This document shows, piece after piece, positions 31,374-41,026 of a stretch of DNA of 42,592 nt. Made by a program: the position numbers and the translations under genes. Location: contig JBMYNR010000013.1 of the NCBI GenBank assembly GCA_049598495.1, positions 1-42,592 of the forward strand. The letters run 5' to 3'. The DNA is from Opitutales bacterium (GTDB taxonomy: Bacteria > Verrucomicrobiota > Verrucomicrobiia > Opitutales > Coraliomargaritaceae). The notes under the pieces are model-generated. The model saw nothing but the letters and a program-made list of their open reading frames with translations, was not told the DNA's origin and did not search any database. The first letter of the stretch is position 1. Each line of letters opens with the position of its first letter.

Positions 31374-31994
31374 TTAGAACTGGATCGATCCAGTCGCCCA
31401 GAAAAGGACGACTTGTATGCAGCCGATCATAAAGCCAAGAACGGCCCCGAGCCTTTCGATTGTTTGAAACTCGCGTCTGGCGACCTGATTCACGATCGCC
31501 TCGAGCCGATCTAGATCAAAGGCGGCTATATTCTCTTGAATCATCTGTCTAAGGTCGACTGAAGATTCGAATTCAGTGGCCACTTTCTCCATCAAGGGGC
31601 CAGCCTCTTCCTTCATGGCAGAGGCTGCAATAACTTCGAATTTGGAGAGCGTGCCGTCGTTGATGAATCCACCAAGCAAGGGAATCGCCTGTAATTGTGG
31701 GCCCACACGTTCCCAGACGAGTTTGCGTGCGGCTTCGTCGAGGTAGGGAGTCAGTTCAATTTTCCGGATCTCATGTAAGATCGCGTGCTGCTGGAGTATC
31801 TCTCGCTCGATAATTTCAGCGGACTCTTCAGCCAGTTGTTGTTGGCGGCGTGGGATTAATCCCTGCCAATTCCAGGAAAAAATACGCGTGGCCACCCTCG
31901 GATGAAAGAGCATCTGGATAGCGACCCAATTCGTTAGCCAGCCAATAGCAGCGGTGATGACGGGGGTTAGAAACAATAGCAAAGTTGTGTTCAT
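31374..31994 (-). CDS. DUF445 family protein
   Basis: IGWLTNWVAI.MLFHP, QGLIPRR and IE.LGAVLGF.IG motifs. Confidence 0.88.
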   Translation of the reverse strand: MNTTLLLFLTPVITAAIGWLTNWVAIQMLFHPRVATRIFSWNWQGLIPRRQQQLAEESAEIIEREILQQHAILHEIRKIELTPYLDEAARKLVWERVGPQLQAIPLLGGFINDGTLSKFEVIAASAMKEEAGPLMEKVATEFESSVDLRQMIQENIAAFDLDRLEAIVNQVARREFQTIERLGAVLGFMIGCIQVVLFWATGSIQF

Positions 31995-32049
31995 AGGTAA
32001 AATTCACTGAGGGTTGAACCTCATCAATTACTACATAAGCTCGGACGTG

Positions 32050-33087
32050 ATGTTGGACACGTCAATAGCAAGACCTTTGATACGGGCGACCCCGCGTGGA
32101 CTTTACTGCGAACAGGGCGATTTTTATATCGACCCGTGGCGACGTGTTGAGCGGGCCTTGATTACACATGCACATAGCGACCATGCTCGCAGCGGAATGG
32201 GTGCCTATCTGACCGCACAGAGTGGTCTCGATGTCCTACGCGAACGAATCGGCCTTGGTGCTCCCGCCAGGGGTCTGCCTTTCGGTGAAAGCATGACCGT
32301 TGGCCAGGTGAAGGTCTCGTTTCATCCTGCGGGCCACTTGCTCGGATCTTCTCAGATTCGCGTTGTGCATAAGGGCGAAGTCTGGGTGGTGACTGGGGAT
32401 TACAAAATCGCTCCCGACCTCTCTTGTGAAGCGTTCGAACCTGTTACCTGCAAGCACTTGATTACAGAGGCGACCTTTGCGCTGCCTGTTTATCGATGGC
32501 CGGACTCTGAATTGGTTTTCGATCAGATCAACCAATGGTGGTGCGACAATCAAGAGGCGGGGCGGACCTCCGTTTTATTTGCCTATTCATTAGGCAAGGC
32601 TCAGCGGGTGCTATGTGGCATCGATCCATCCATCGGGCCGATTGGGGTTCATGGCGCGGTTGATAAAATGCTGCCACATTACAAGGCGGCCGGTCGACCC
32701 ATCCCCGAAACGGTTAAAGCGGTCGCAGAAAATACGAATCTGCTCAAAAGACGTGGGTTGATCATCGCGCCGGGCTCCGTTCAAAACACTCCCTGGCTGC
32801 GAAAATTCGCGCCGCATTCACTCGCATTCGCATCGGGATGGATGGCCGTACGTGGGGCGAGGCGTCGACTTGCGCTGGATCGGGGATTCGTCGTTTCCGA
32901 TCATGTGGATTGGCAGGGGATTTTGCATGCTGTCGATGCTAGTGGCGCGCAAACGATCGGTGTAACCCATGGATATGCCGCCCCCCTCGTTCGTTGGTTG
33001 AAGGAAGAGAAGGGCCTTTGTGCTTATGAAGTACCTACGCGGTTTACAGGTGAGTCAGTGAATCACGAAGGGGAGGACAAGTCATGA
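32050..33087 (+). CDS. Ligase-associated DNA damage response exonuclease (MBL/beta-CASP)
   Basis: DFYIDPW, ITHAHSDH, PAGHLLGS, TGDYK, AYSLGKAQR and SDHVDW motifs; start uncertain (32014-32050). Confidence 0.93.
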   Translation: MLDTSIARPLIRATPRGLYCEQGDFYIDPWRRVERALITHAHSDHARSGMGAYLTAQSGLDVLRERIGLGAPARGLPFGESMTVGQVKVSFHPAGHLLGSSQIRVVHKGEVWVVTGDYKIAPDLSCEAFEPVTCKHLITEATFALPVYRWPDSELVFDQINQWWCDNQEAGRTSVLFAYSLGKAQRVLCGIDPSIGPIGVHGAVDKMLPHYKAAGRPIPETVKAVAENTNLLKRRGLIIAPGSVQNTPWLRKFAPHSLAFASGWMAVRGARRRLALDRGFVVSDHVDWQGILHAVDASGAQTIGVTHGYAAPLVRWLKEEKGLCAYEVPTRFTGESVNHEGEDKS

Positions 33088-34688
33088 AACGCTTTACCGA
33101 GTTGTTTATGGAGTTGGATGCATCCAACCGAAAAACGACCAAATTAGCGGCGCTTAAACGGTATTTTGCGGAAGTTCAGCCCGAAGACGGCGCTTGGGCT
33201 GTATTTTTTCTTACAGGGAACCGCTTGAAGCGTCCAATCAAGCTGACTAACTTTCGACAATGGGCAGGCGTGGCCTGCGGCTTTCCCACTTGGATGGTCG
33301 AGGAATGCTACAACCATGTCGGTGATTTGGCCGAAACGCTGGCCTTACTCTTATCGGATCGAGGGTCTATACGGGCTTCACGGGACCGCCCTCTCAACGA
33401 AATGGTCGAGCAGGAGATCGTACCGCTTCGCGATATGGAGACGGATGCGCAGCGCGCGGCAATCGAGCGAATCTGGTCGGAGCTCGATGGGGGCGCTTGT
33501 TTTGTTTTCAACAAGCTCATCACCGGAGGGTTTCGCGTTGGGGTCCATCACACTCTGGTTTGTGCGGCTCTCGCCGAACTCGCCGAAGTGGACCCTGCGG
33601 TTATGGCCCATCGACTTGTGGGCAACTGGAAGCCAACACCAGAGGCCTATCGAGGACTTTTCTCGGGTGAGGCCTCGGGTGATCAAGCAGCTAAGCCGTA
33701 TCCATTTTGTTTAGCATCACCGCTCGATGAAGATGCCAAGACGAGGCTGGGTGAAGTTCACGAGTGGCTGATCGAATGGAAATGGGACGGTATTCGGGCG
33801 CAACTGATTAAGCGAGGTAGCCAGGTGATTATTTGGTCCCGTGGTGAGGAGATGATAACGGATCAGTTTCCTGAAATCGCTGAGGCCGCGGCCCACTGGC
33901 CTGAGGACCTCGTGCTGGATGGCGAGTTGCTCGCGTGGTCTGGTGAGAAGCCGGCTCCGTTTTCAGAGCTTCAACGTCGCCTGGGACGAAAGAAGTTGGG
34001 GCCAAAACTTCGCAAAGAAATACCCGTCGTTTTTATGGCTTACGATATATTAGAAGACAAGGGCAGGGACATTCGATCGGAGTCGACCGAGTATCGACGT
34101 AGGGTGCTGGAATGCGTAGCGGAGTCGGTCAAATGTAATGTATTTTACCTCTCGCCGCTTGTCGAGGGGGATTCCTGGCATACAGTCGGTGCGCTTCGAG
34201 AGCTTTCTCGAGAACGTCGTGTCGAAGGGCTTATGCTAAAACGAAAAGATTCACCATACGGCGTGGGTCGGAAAAAAGGGGATTGGTGGAAATGGAAGGT
34301 GGCTCCATTTACAATCGATGCAGTGATGGTCTACGCTCAGCAGGGGCACGGGCGAAGGGCTGGGCTATACACCGATTATACTTTTTCAGTATGGAAGGAA
34401 GGGGAACTTGTCCCTGTGGCGAAGGCCTACACGGGGCTCAGTGACGCCGAGATTCGAAAAATCGACAGATGGATTCGGCAAAATTCGCTCGACTCTCATG
34501 GGCCTGTGCGGGTGTTGAAGCCCGAGCTTGTTTTTGAAATCGCTTTTGAGGGAATCCAAGAATCCAGGCGGCATAAATCCGGTATCGCCGTCCGCTTTCC
34601 TCGCGTGCTAAGATGGCGAATGGATAAGCAGGCAGAGGAAGCAGATTCCATTGAGACCGTCCGCGCTTTACTCGACATCGGGGCATGA
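33084..34688 (+). CDS. ATP-dependent DNA ligase
   Basis: EWKWDGIR, LDGEL, EGLMLK, WWKWK and RFPR motifs; ATGA overlap with the exonuclease. Confidence 0.96.
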   Translation: MKRFTELFMELDASNRKTTKLAALKRYFAEVQPEDGAWAVFFLTGNRLKRPIKLTNFRQWAGVACGFPTWMVEECYNHVGDLAETLALLLSDRGSIRASRDRPLNEMVEQEIVPLRDMETDAQRAAIERIWSELDGGACFVFNKLITGGFRVGVHHTLVCAALAELAEVDPAVMAHRLVGNWKPTPEAYRGLFSGEASGDQAAKPYPFCLASPLDEDAKTRLGEVHEWLIEWKWDGIRAQLIKRGSQVIIWSRGEEMITDQFPEIAEAAAHWPEDLVLDGELLAWSGEKPAPFSELQRRLGRKKLGPKLRKEIPVVFMAYDILEDKGRDIRSESTEYRRRVLECVAESVKCNVFYLSPLVEGDSWHTVGALRELSRERRVEGLMLKRKDSPYGVGRKKGDWWKWKVAPFTIDAVMVYAQQGHGRRAGLYTDYTFSVWKEGELVPVAKAYTGLSDAEIRKIDRWIRQNSLDSHGPVRVLKPELVFEIAFEGIQESRRHKSGIAVRFPRVLRWRMDKQAEEADSIETVRALLDIGA

Positions 34689-34748
34689 AATTTCTTATAC
34701 AGAGGGCTTGACGAGTAGGATGTGAATTCTACTGTTCCGACCTTCATT

Positions 34749-34822
34749 AGGCTCATGGTGTAATGGTAGCACTACGGTTTTTGGTACCGTCTGTCGGGGT
34801 TCGAATCCCTGTGAGCCTGCCA
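34749..34822 (+). tRNA. tRNA-Gln (TTG)
   Basis: AGGCTCA/TGAGCCT acceptor stem, ACGGT-TTTTGGT-ACCGT anticodon arm, GGTTCGAATCC, CCA; TTGACG/TACTGT promoter-like boxes at 34708-34735. Confidence 0.96.
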
Positions 34823-35026
34823 TTTAAGGCGTCTCGTTCTGCGGGGCGCTTTTTTTGGTTTCTGTTCCGGTGGACGAGGTTGTCGGGATTCTCACCTGCG
34901 GTGTTCCGGTTCCCATTCGCATAGCTCAGGGCCCGGTCTTGTCGCCTTTCGACAAGCTCAAGACTCGGAACGAATCCCTGTGAGCCTGCCATTTAAGGCG
35001 TCTTGTTCTGCGGGGCGCTTTTTTTG
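34823..35026 (+). repeat. tRNA-linked repeat element (Gln copy)
   Basis: 56-bp direct repeat 34802-34857 vs 34971-35026 (1 mismatch) including the terminator. Core motifs at 34931-34944 and 34964-34971. Confidence 0.92.
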
Positions 35027-35252
35027 TTTGCGGGTGGCGAAGGATGGAGGGCAGCGCTGGCGCGTTGCCACGACCATGTATGAGCTTCGTGGTCAATCTA
35101 AGAGTTCTCGTTTGCCTCTAATCGCAGGTGTATCCGGCAATGCGGGAGCCATGCACTCAGTGTGTAGTCACCCCACCAGCTAGGTTGTGAACCTTTTTGT
35201 TTGCCCAAGTCCCTCTCAGCCATTGTTTTCTCCGCTTTCCTTTTTCAGCCAG

Positions 35253-36830
35253 ATGTCACAAACGATCAAGATCTACGATACCACCCTCCGCGACGGAACG
35301 CAGGGAGAGGGCGTCTCTTTCACTGTTGCCGGAAAGCTCCGCGTTGCCGAGAAGCTGGATCTCTTTGGTGTTGATTACATCGAAGGCGGTTGGCCCGGGT
35401 CGAATCCACGAGATATGGCCTTTTTTGAAGAGGCTCAGAAATTGGAACTCAAGCATGCGAAGATCGCTGCTTTTGGCTCGACCCGTCGGGCGAGCCTAAG
35501 CGCTGAAGAGGATCCACAACTCAAGCTACTGCTCGATGCCAACACTCCGGTTGTCACCATCTTCGGAAAGACCTGGCTTCTGCATGTGACTGAAATCCTA
35601 CGGACCACGGCAGAGGAGAATCTTAAGATGATTGAGGATTCGGTTCGTTTTCTCACGGATAATGGACGTGACGTTATCTACGATGCTGAGCACTTCTTCG
35701 ATGGTTACTGTGATAATCCTGAATACGCGCTCCAGACGCTGGAAGCTGCGAATCGAGGCGGTGCAATCAACCTGACACTTTGTGATACAAATGGTGGGAA
35801 ATTGGTCAGCGAAGTTAGTCAAATCGTTAGTAAAGTTGTCGAGCAGTTCCCGGAAACTCCCGTTGGGGTTCATTGCCACAATGATTCTGGCTTGGGTGTC
35901 GCCGTTTCACTCGCGGGTGTGGAGTCCGGCGCAGTCATGGTTCAGGGCACCATGAATGGTGTTGGTGAGCGCAACGGAAATGCCAACCTCACGACAGTGA
36001 TCCCTAATCTTGCCCTCAAAATGAGTCGGAAGTTGAATTGTAGCGCGAATCTCAAGAACCTCCGTGATCTCTCGCTCTTTGTTGATGAGATGGCAAATCG
36101 TTCATCCGATATTTCCGCACCCTTTGTTGGAGCAAGTGCATTTGCACACAAGGGGGGCGTTCACGCTGATGCTGCAGCAAAGGTGAAGCACAGTTACGAG
36201 CACATTGAGCCTGAATTGGTCGGTAACCGCACACGGATCCTTGTCTCGGATATGTCCGGACGAAGCAGTGTGATGATGAAAGCGCAAGACATGGGTGTGG
36301 ATCTCGACTCCCGTTCGCCTGAGCTTAAGGATTTTCTGGCCAAACTGAAGGAACTCGAATTTCGCGGTTACGGCTATGAGGCGGCAGATGCCTCCTTTAA
36401 GCTACTTCTCAATCGTTTCCTTAAGGGAAAGAAGGACGACTTTGAACTAATCGGCTATCGTGTGATGGTCGGGCATCAATCCGCCCTCAAACGCACCGTT
36501 TCGGAGGCCACCGTTCAAGTGAAGATCGGCGATGAGATACACCACACCGTGGCCGAGGCCACGGGTCCCGTTGGTGCCCTCGATCATGCGCTTCGTAAGG
36601 CGATCGCACCGGTATTTCCCGAGATTATGGAAGTCGAACTCATTGATTTCAAAGTGCGTATTCTTGAAAGTCAGCACGGCGCGGATGCTATTATTCGGGT
36701 TCAGATTGAGTCCACGGATGGGAATGAAATCTGGGGTACGGTCGGAGCTAGTGACAATATTATCGAGGCGACTTGGGAAGCATTGGTTGATTCGGTTGAG
36801 TATAAGATTCAGCTCGAATCGGAAAAGTAG
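35253..36830 (+). CDS. cimA: Citramalate synthase (LeuA-like)
   Basis: YDTTLRDGTQGEG, YIEGGWPGSNP, YDAEHFFDG, HCHND and AFAHKGGVH motifs. Confidence 0.93.
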   Translation: MSQTIKIYDTTLRDGTQGEGVSFTVAGKLRVAEKLDLFGVDYIEGGWPGSNPRDMAFFEEAQKLELKHAKIAAFGSTRRASLSAEEDPQLKLLLDANTPVVTIFGKTWLLHVTEILRTTAEENLKMIEDSVRFLTDNGRDVIYDAEHFFDGYCDNPEYALQTLEAANRGGAINLTLCDTNGGKLVSEVSQIVSKVVEQFPETPVGVHCHNDSGLGVAVSLAGVESGAVMVQGTMNGVGERNGNANLTTVIPNLALKMSRKLNCSANLKNLRDLSLFVDEMANRSSDISAPFVGASAFAHKGGVHADAAAKVKHSYEHIEPELVGNRTRILVSDMSGRSSVMMKAQDMGVDLDSRSPELKDFLAKLKELEFRGYGYEAADASFKLLLNRFLKGKKDDFELIGYRVMVGHQSALKRTVSEATVQVKIGDEIHHTVAEATGPVGALDHALRKAIAPVFPEIMEVELIDFKVRILESQHGADAIIRVQIESTDGNEIWGTVGASDNIIEATWEALVDSVEYKIQLESEK

Positions 36831-36954
36831 GGGCCTTGCCCGCAACGCACGAGTCATTATGGGTTCATTACTTAGAGCGCGTGCCACGAAGAAATGGCCA
36901 TGTTCGCCGAAGAAACACATTGTTATGATCGCTCGCGCACTGCGATAGATCTAT

Positions 36955-37725
36955 GTGATCCTCGGACCTGACACGATACGATTCGAAAACCGACTACGCG
37001 AACGGGTGCGTCCCGCGGGTTCGCCCGTGATGTATCAACGTTGGCTGGAGCTACTCTTTCTCCATTGGTCAGTCGATCCATTCCTTATATTACCCACGCT
37101 TCCGCCGGGGTTATCAGTCGATACATTCGATGGGCGGGCATGGATCGGCGTGGTCCCTTTTCAGATGACGAGTGTTCGGCCACGCCTTCTTCCTGCCGTG
37201 CCGGGGATATCGCACTTCCCGGAATTGAACTTGCGCACCTACGTCGTCGATGAGCAGGGGCGGCCTGGGGTATGGTTCTATTCATTGGATACACCTAGGT
37301 CACTGTGCAACTGGATCGCCCGCACCTTCTTTTATTTGAACTATCGCTTAGCACGAATACGAGTAGAGACGAATGGGGGGACTATTCATTATTGCTCGGA
37401 ATTAAGTCAGAGCGGTCGTTGGGGTGACCTTCAAAAATATTCCTGGGAACGGGAAGGGGGTGCCTTTGAGGCTGAAGCTGGCAGTCTCGAGTTCTTTCTC
37501 GCCGAACGCTACCGGCTATTTACCCACGACCCAAGAAGGAAGCGAATCCTTACAGGCCAGGTGCATCATGTGCCGTATCCGCTCCAACGAGTTCGGCTGG
37601 GCGATTACTCGACGCATCTATTTGAGACAAATAAGCTGGAGGCGCCCCTCGGGCCACCTCATTCTTCGCTCGCATCCGCAGGCGTCGACGTAGAGATTTA
37701 CCCGATGGAACCGGTAGGGGCCTAG
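36955..37725 (+). CDS. DUF2071 (YqjF-like) protein
   Basis: MYQRW..LLFLHW, FPELNLRTYV, PGVWFYSLD and FLAERY motifs. Confidence 0.9.
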   Translation: MILGPDTIRFENRLRERVRPAGSPVMYQRWLELLFLHWSVDPFLILPTLPPGLSVDTFDGRAWIGVVPFQMTSVRPRLLPAVPGISHFPELNLRTYVVDEQGRPGVWFYSLDTPRSLCNWIARTFFYLNYRLARIRVETNGGTIHYCSELSQSGRWGDLQKYSWEREGGAFEAEAGSLEFFLAERYRLFTHDPRRKRILTGQVHHVPYPLQRVRLGDYSTHLFETNKLEAPLGPPHSSLASAGVDVEIYPMEPVGA

Positions 37726-37854
37726 TGTGGTATGACCTGCGATTGCGGCAGGCCGGAAGTTATACCCTCCATTGGGGTGATAAAACGCATTTTGGGGGGA
37801 AGGGGTCAAGCCCTCCGGTTGAATGGGTTGGCGGGCAGCGTTTCACCGCTGCCG

Positions 37855-38271
37855 CTATGCTGACCGATCCGGAGCCTGGTGCTCGAGAATTTCGACCTCG
37901 TAGCCGTCGGGGTCCGTGATGAATGCCATCTTCTTACCGCCGGCGAACTTCTCCCGCCAATTGGAAGGCCAGAGGTCCAGCGCGTAGCCTTGCTTTTCAA
38001 GCCCTTCGAGCATCTCGCAGTATTCGATGATGTCGTCTACACGAATGCAGGTATGAGCGAGATCTTCCGGCACCTTGATCGCGTAATCATCCGAATAGGT
38101 CAGTTCAAACTTATGAGCGCTCCCCGGAATCTGGAGGTGGGCCAATTGATTACCGCTGGGGGACTTGTCCGTGCGTCGGAGCACTTCAAACCCGCAGGTT
38201 TTGCAATACCAGTCGATGGATTTTTCGAGATCGGAGACGCGGATACGGGTGTGGTCGAAAGTTACGGGCAT
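37855..38271 (-). CDS. VOC/glyoxalase family protein (lactoylglutathione lyase-like)
   Basis: HTRIRVSDLEKSI, FELT and AFITDPDGYEVE motifs. Confidence 0.9.
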   Translation of the reverse strand: MPVTFDHTRIRVSDLEKSIDWYCKTCGFEVLRRTDKSPSGNQLAHLQIPGSAHKFELTYSDDYAIKVPEDLAHTCIRVDDIIEYCEMLEGLEKQGYALDLWPSNWREKFAGGKKMAFITDPDGYEVEILEHQAPDRSA

Positions 38272-38476
38272 GAGTCTTGTTCGTTGAAAATTGAGCGTTC
38301 ATGAATGCTTAGCAGGAAGATGGCAGGTCTTTTCTGACTTTCAACTAGCAACTGCCAATGTTGAGCGTCTCCAGATCGTGGGGCCTTAGCTTACTAAGGC
38401 CGTGTAGTGTTTCAAATGACCCGAGCAGGCCGGCTCGAGGACCCAAGGGCATTTCACATGCACACGAGCTACACTC

Positions 38477-39118
38477 TCACAAGCTCCGAACAACGGCCTT
38501 GGCAACTCCCTGAACCGTCAGTTCATTGATCGGATAAAGCTCGGGATAAAATTTGTTCTCGGCCTTGAGGTAGGGCGGTTCGTTACCTTTTTTGATAAAA
38601 CGTTTGAGAGTGGTTTCACCATCAATGAGCGCAGCTACAATATCTCCGTCACGTGGTTCACGCGGCTCGATTACCACCATATCACCCTCGTAGATTTCGG
38701 CGTCCACCATACTATCACCACGTACCTGGAGGGCAAAGCTGCGCCGGCGACTGGAGTAACCCGCGCTGGTGATATCCACCTGAAGGCGACCGATCTCTCC
38801 GGCGGGCTCAACGCGATCGGGGTAGCCAGCCGCAATATCGCCCATCACCGGAATATCGACCACCTCAATTGCATCTTCGGGAATATCGACGACCTCTGCA
38901 GTGTCTGGGCGATTGATTCGAAAAGTGCGCGCCTGCCCAGGAATGCGCTCAAGAACCTCCTTCTTTTCCAGTGCCCGAAGGTGCCCCATGACGGCATTCG
39001 TGCTTTTGAAGCTGAATTTCTCCTGAATCTCTCGGATGCTCGGCCAATAGCCGTTCCGCCACTCATGGTGCTCAATAAAGGTCAGAATTTCCTGCTGGCG
39101 CGACGTTAGTTCCTTCAT
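38477..39118 (-). CDS. lexA: SOS repressor LexA
   Basis: LT.RQ.EIL...PSIREI HTH, IAAG cleavage site, V.GDSM (Ser) and TLKRF (Lys). Start trimmed to the ATG at 39118. Confidence 0.97.
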   Translation of the reverse strand: MKELTSRQQEILTFIEHHEWRNGYWPSIREIQEKFSFKSTNAVMGHLRALEKKEVLERIPGQARTFRINRPDTAEVVDIPEDAIEVVDIPVMGDIAAGYPDRVEPAGEIGRLQVDITSAGYSSRRRSFALQVRGDSMVDAEIYEGDMVVIEPREPRDGDIVAALIDGETTLKRFIKKGNEPPYLKAENKFYPELYPINELTVQGVAKAVVRSL

Positions 39119-39128
39119 AGTGAGCACT

Positions 39129-39157
39129 TGTTTAGGTGAACACTTGTCCATTGTCAA
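39129..39157 (-). promoter_or_regulatory. lexA promoter with overlapping LexA box
   Basis: TGTTT-AGGT-GAACA at 39129-39142 (9/10 to TGTTC-N4-GAACA) and minus-strand TTGACA at 39152-39157, with the -10 falling inside the box. Confidence 0.8.
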
Positions 39158-39426
39158 GTATTCACTAGTCGGTATATGGGAACATGGTGTTTGACAACTA
39201 CCCGTGACGAAAAGCAAGGCGGCGCATTCTCGAGCGCTACATATCGTAACACCTGCTTCCGTTCGATCGGCCGCGTGGGACTTGTGTCTCTTCCGGTCGA
39301 GTCATCGCAAAGTGACTCGATGTGCTTGCTGAAGTATGACACGATGCCTGGTGTAAGGGCCTATCAGTGCCTAAAAAAGGGTAAATTTCCCTTGCGAGAG
39401 AAGGCGCTTGCTGTAACACGGTTGGA

Positions 39427-40785
39427 ATGAAAATTTGTTGTATAGGTGCCGGCTACGTGGGAGGTCCCACGATGGCCATGATTGCGCATAAGTGTAAAAA
39501 CCACACCGTCACGGTGGTGGATATCAATGAGGCGCGGATTGACGCATGGAACTCAGAGAAGCTACCTGTTTTCGAACCTGGCCTCGACGAAATCGTGCAA
39601 AAGGCACGCGGCAAAAACCTCTTTTTCTCCACCGATATCGACGCAGCCATCAAGGAAGCGGACATGATATTCCTCAGCGTGAATACCCCGACAAAGACCT
39701 ATGGAGTGGGGGCCGGCCGCGCGGCCGATCTCCGCTATATTGAAAAATGCGCACGTAAGATCGCGGAGGTCGCCGAAGACGATAAAATCGTGGTCGAAAA
39801 ATCTACCTTGCCAGTGCGCACCGCAGAGTCGGTGAAGCGTATCCTTGAGTCGAATTCCAAGGGGCGAAATTTTCAGATCCTCTCAAATCCGGAATTTCTA
39901 GCAGAGGGCACTGCCATGTCCGATCTCGAGGCACCCGACCGGGTGCTCATCGGAGGTGAGCAAAGTGAGGCGGGTAAGGCCGCAATCCAACAATTAGTGG
40001 ATGTGTACGCTACCTGGGTGCCGCGCGAAAATATCCTGACGACCAATATCTGGTCCTCCGAGCTATCCAAACTGACAGCCAACGCCTTCCTTGCACAACG
40101 GATCTCTTCGATCAATGCGATTTCTGCTCTTTGCGAGGCGACCGAAGCGAACGTTGACGAAGTCGCTCACGCAATTGGCAGGGATAGTCGTATTGGCTCC
40201 AAATTCTTAAAAGCCTCCGTTGGCTTCGGTGGTTCATGTTTCCAGAAGGACATTCTCAATCTTGTATATCTCTGCGAATATTTCGGTCTCCCCGAGGTGG
40301 CCGCCTATTGGAACGGCGTGATTGAGATGAATGACTACCAGAAGCATCGTTTCTGCCGCCACATCATCAGTTCCATGTTTAACACGGTTTCCGACAAGAA
40401 GATTGCTGTGCTTGGCTTTGCATTTAAGAAGGACACCAATGATACCCGCGAGTCGGCAGCCATTTATATTTGTAAGGACCTTCTCGAGGAGCAGGCTGAG
40501 GTGGCCATTTATGATCCTAAGGTCGAGGTCGAGCAGATACAACGGGATCTAGGTATCGACTCGGATAATAAACAGGTTCGATTTTGTACCGACGCATATG
40601 AAGCGACTAAAGACGCTCACGCCGTCCTTATTCTGACCGAATGGGATGCGTTTAAGGCTCTCGATTACCAGAAGATATTTGAACAAATGCAGCAGCCTGC
40701 CTTCCTCTTCGATGGTCGCAATATCGTCGATCTTGAGGCTATGCGCGCGATCGGTTTCGAAGCCAGCGGCATTGGAAAGAATTAG
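39427..40785 (+). CDS. ugd: UDP-glucose 6-dehydrogenase
   Basis: [37 protein letters not shown] and FKKDT.DTRES motifs. Confidence 0.97.
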   Translation: MKICCIGAGYVGGPTMAMIAHKCKNHTVTVVDINEARIDAWNSEKLPVFEPGLDEIVQKARGKNLFFSTDIDAAIKEADMIFLSVNTPTKTYGVGAGRAADLRYIEKCARKIAEVAEDDKIVVEKSTLPVRTAESVKRILESNSKGRNFQILSNPEFLAEGTAMSDLEAPDRVLIGGEQSEAGKAAIQQLVDVYATWVPRENILTTNIWSSELSKLTANAFLAQRISSINAISALCEATEANVDEVAHAIGRDSRIGSKFLKASVGFGGSCFQKDILNLVYLCEYFGLPEVAAYWNGVIEMNDYQKHRFCRHIISSMFNTVSDKKIAVLGFAFKKDTNDTRESAAIYICKDLLEEQAEVAIYDPKVEVEQIQRDLGIDSDNKQVRFCTDAYEATKDAHAVLILTEWDAFKALDYQKIFEQMQQPAFLFDGRNIVDLEAMRAIGFEASGIGKN

Positions 40786-41026
40786 AGTGACCAATTGCCC
40801 GCCGAGTGGGTGTTTGACGGTTTCAGTCAGTCATTGAAAAGCCGGGGCGGTTGTCTTCAAAGGTCGCGTGCGATCTCCATAATCGAGCGCATTCTTATAA
40901 GACGGGCCGCAGTTCACTCGAATTTAAACAAGGGCATCAGGCGGTTTCCCTTTAATTACCGATTGCCAAGAACGACACTCATCATTTCCATATAATCTTA
41001 CCCAACATATTTACTGAGAACACACT

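Noticed and set aside
35030..35252. Attenuator or riboswitch upstream of cimA
   Set aside because: No Ile/Leu-rich leader peptide or recognisable aptamer was found by eye.
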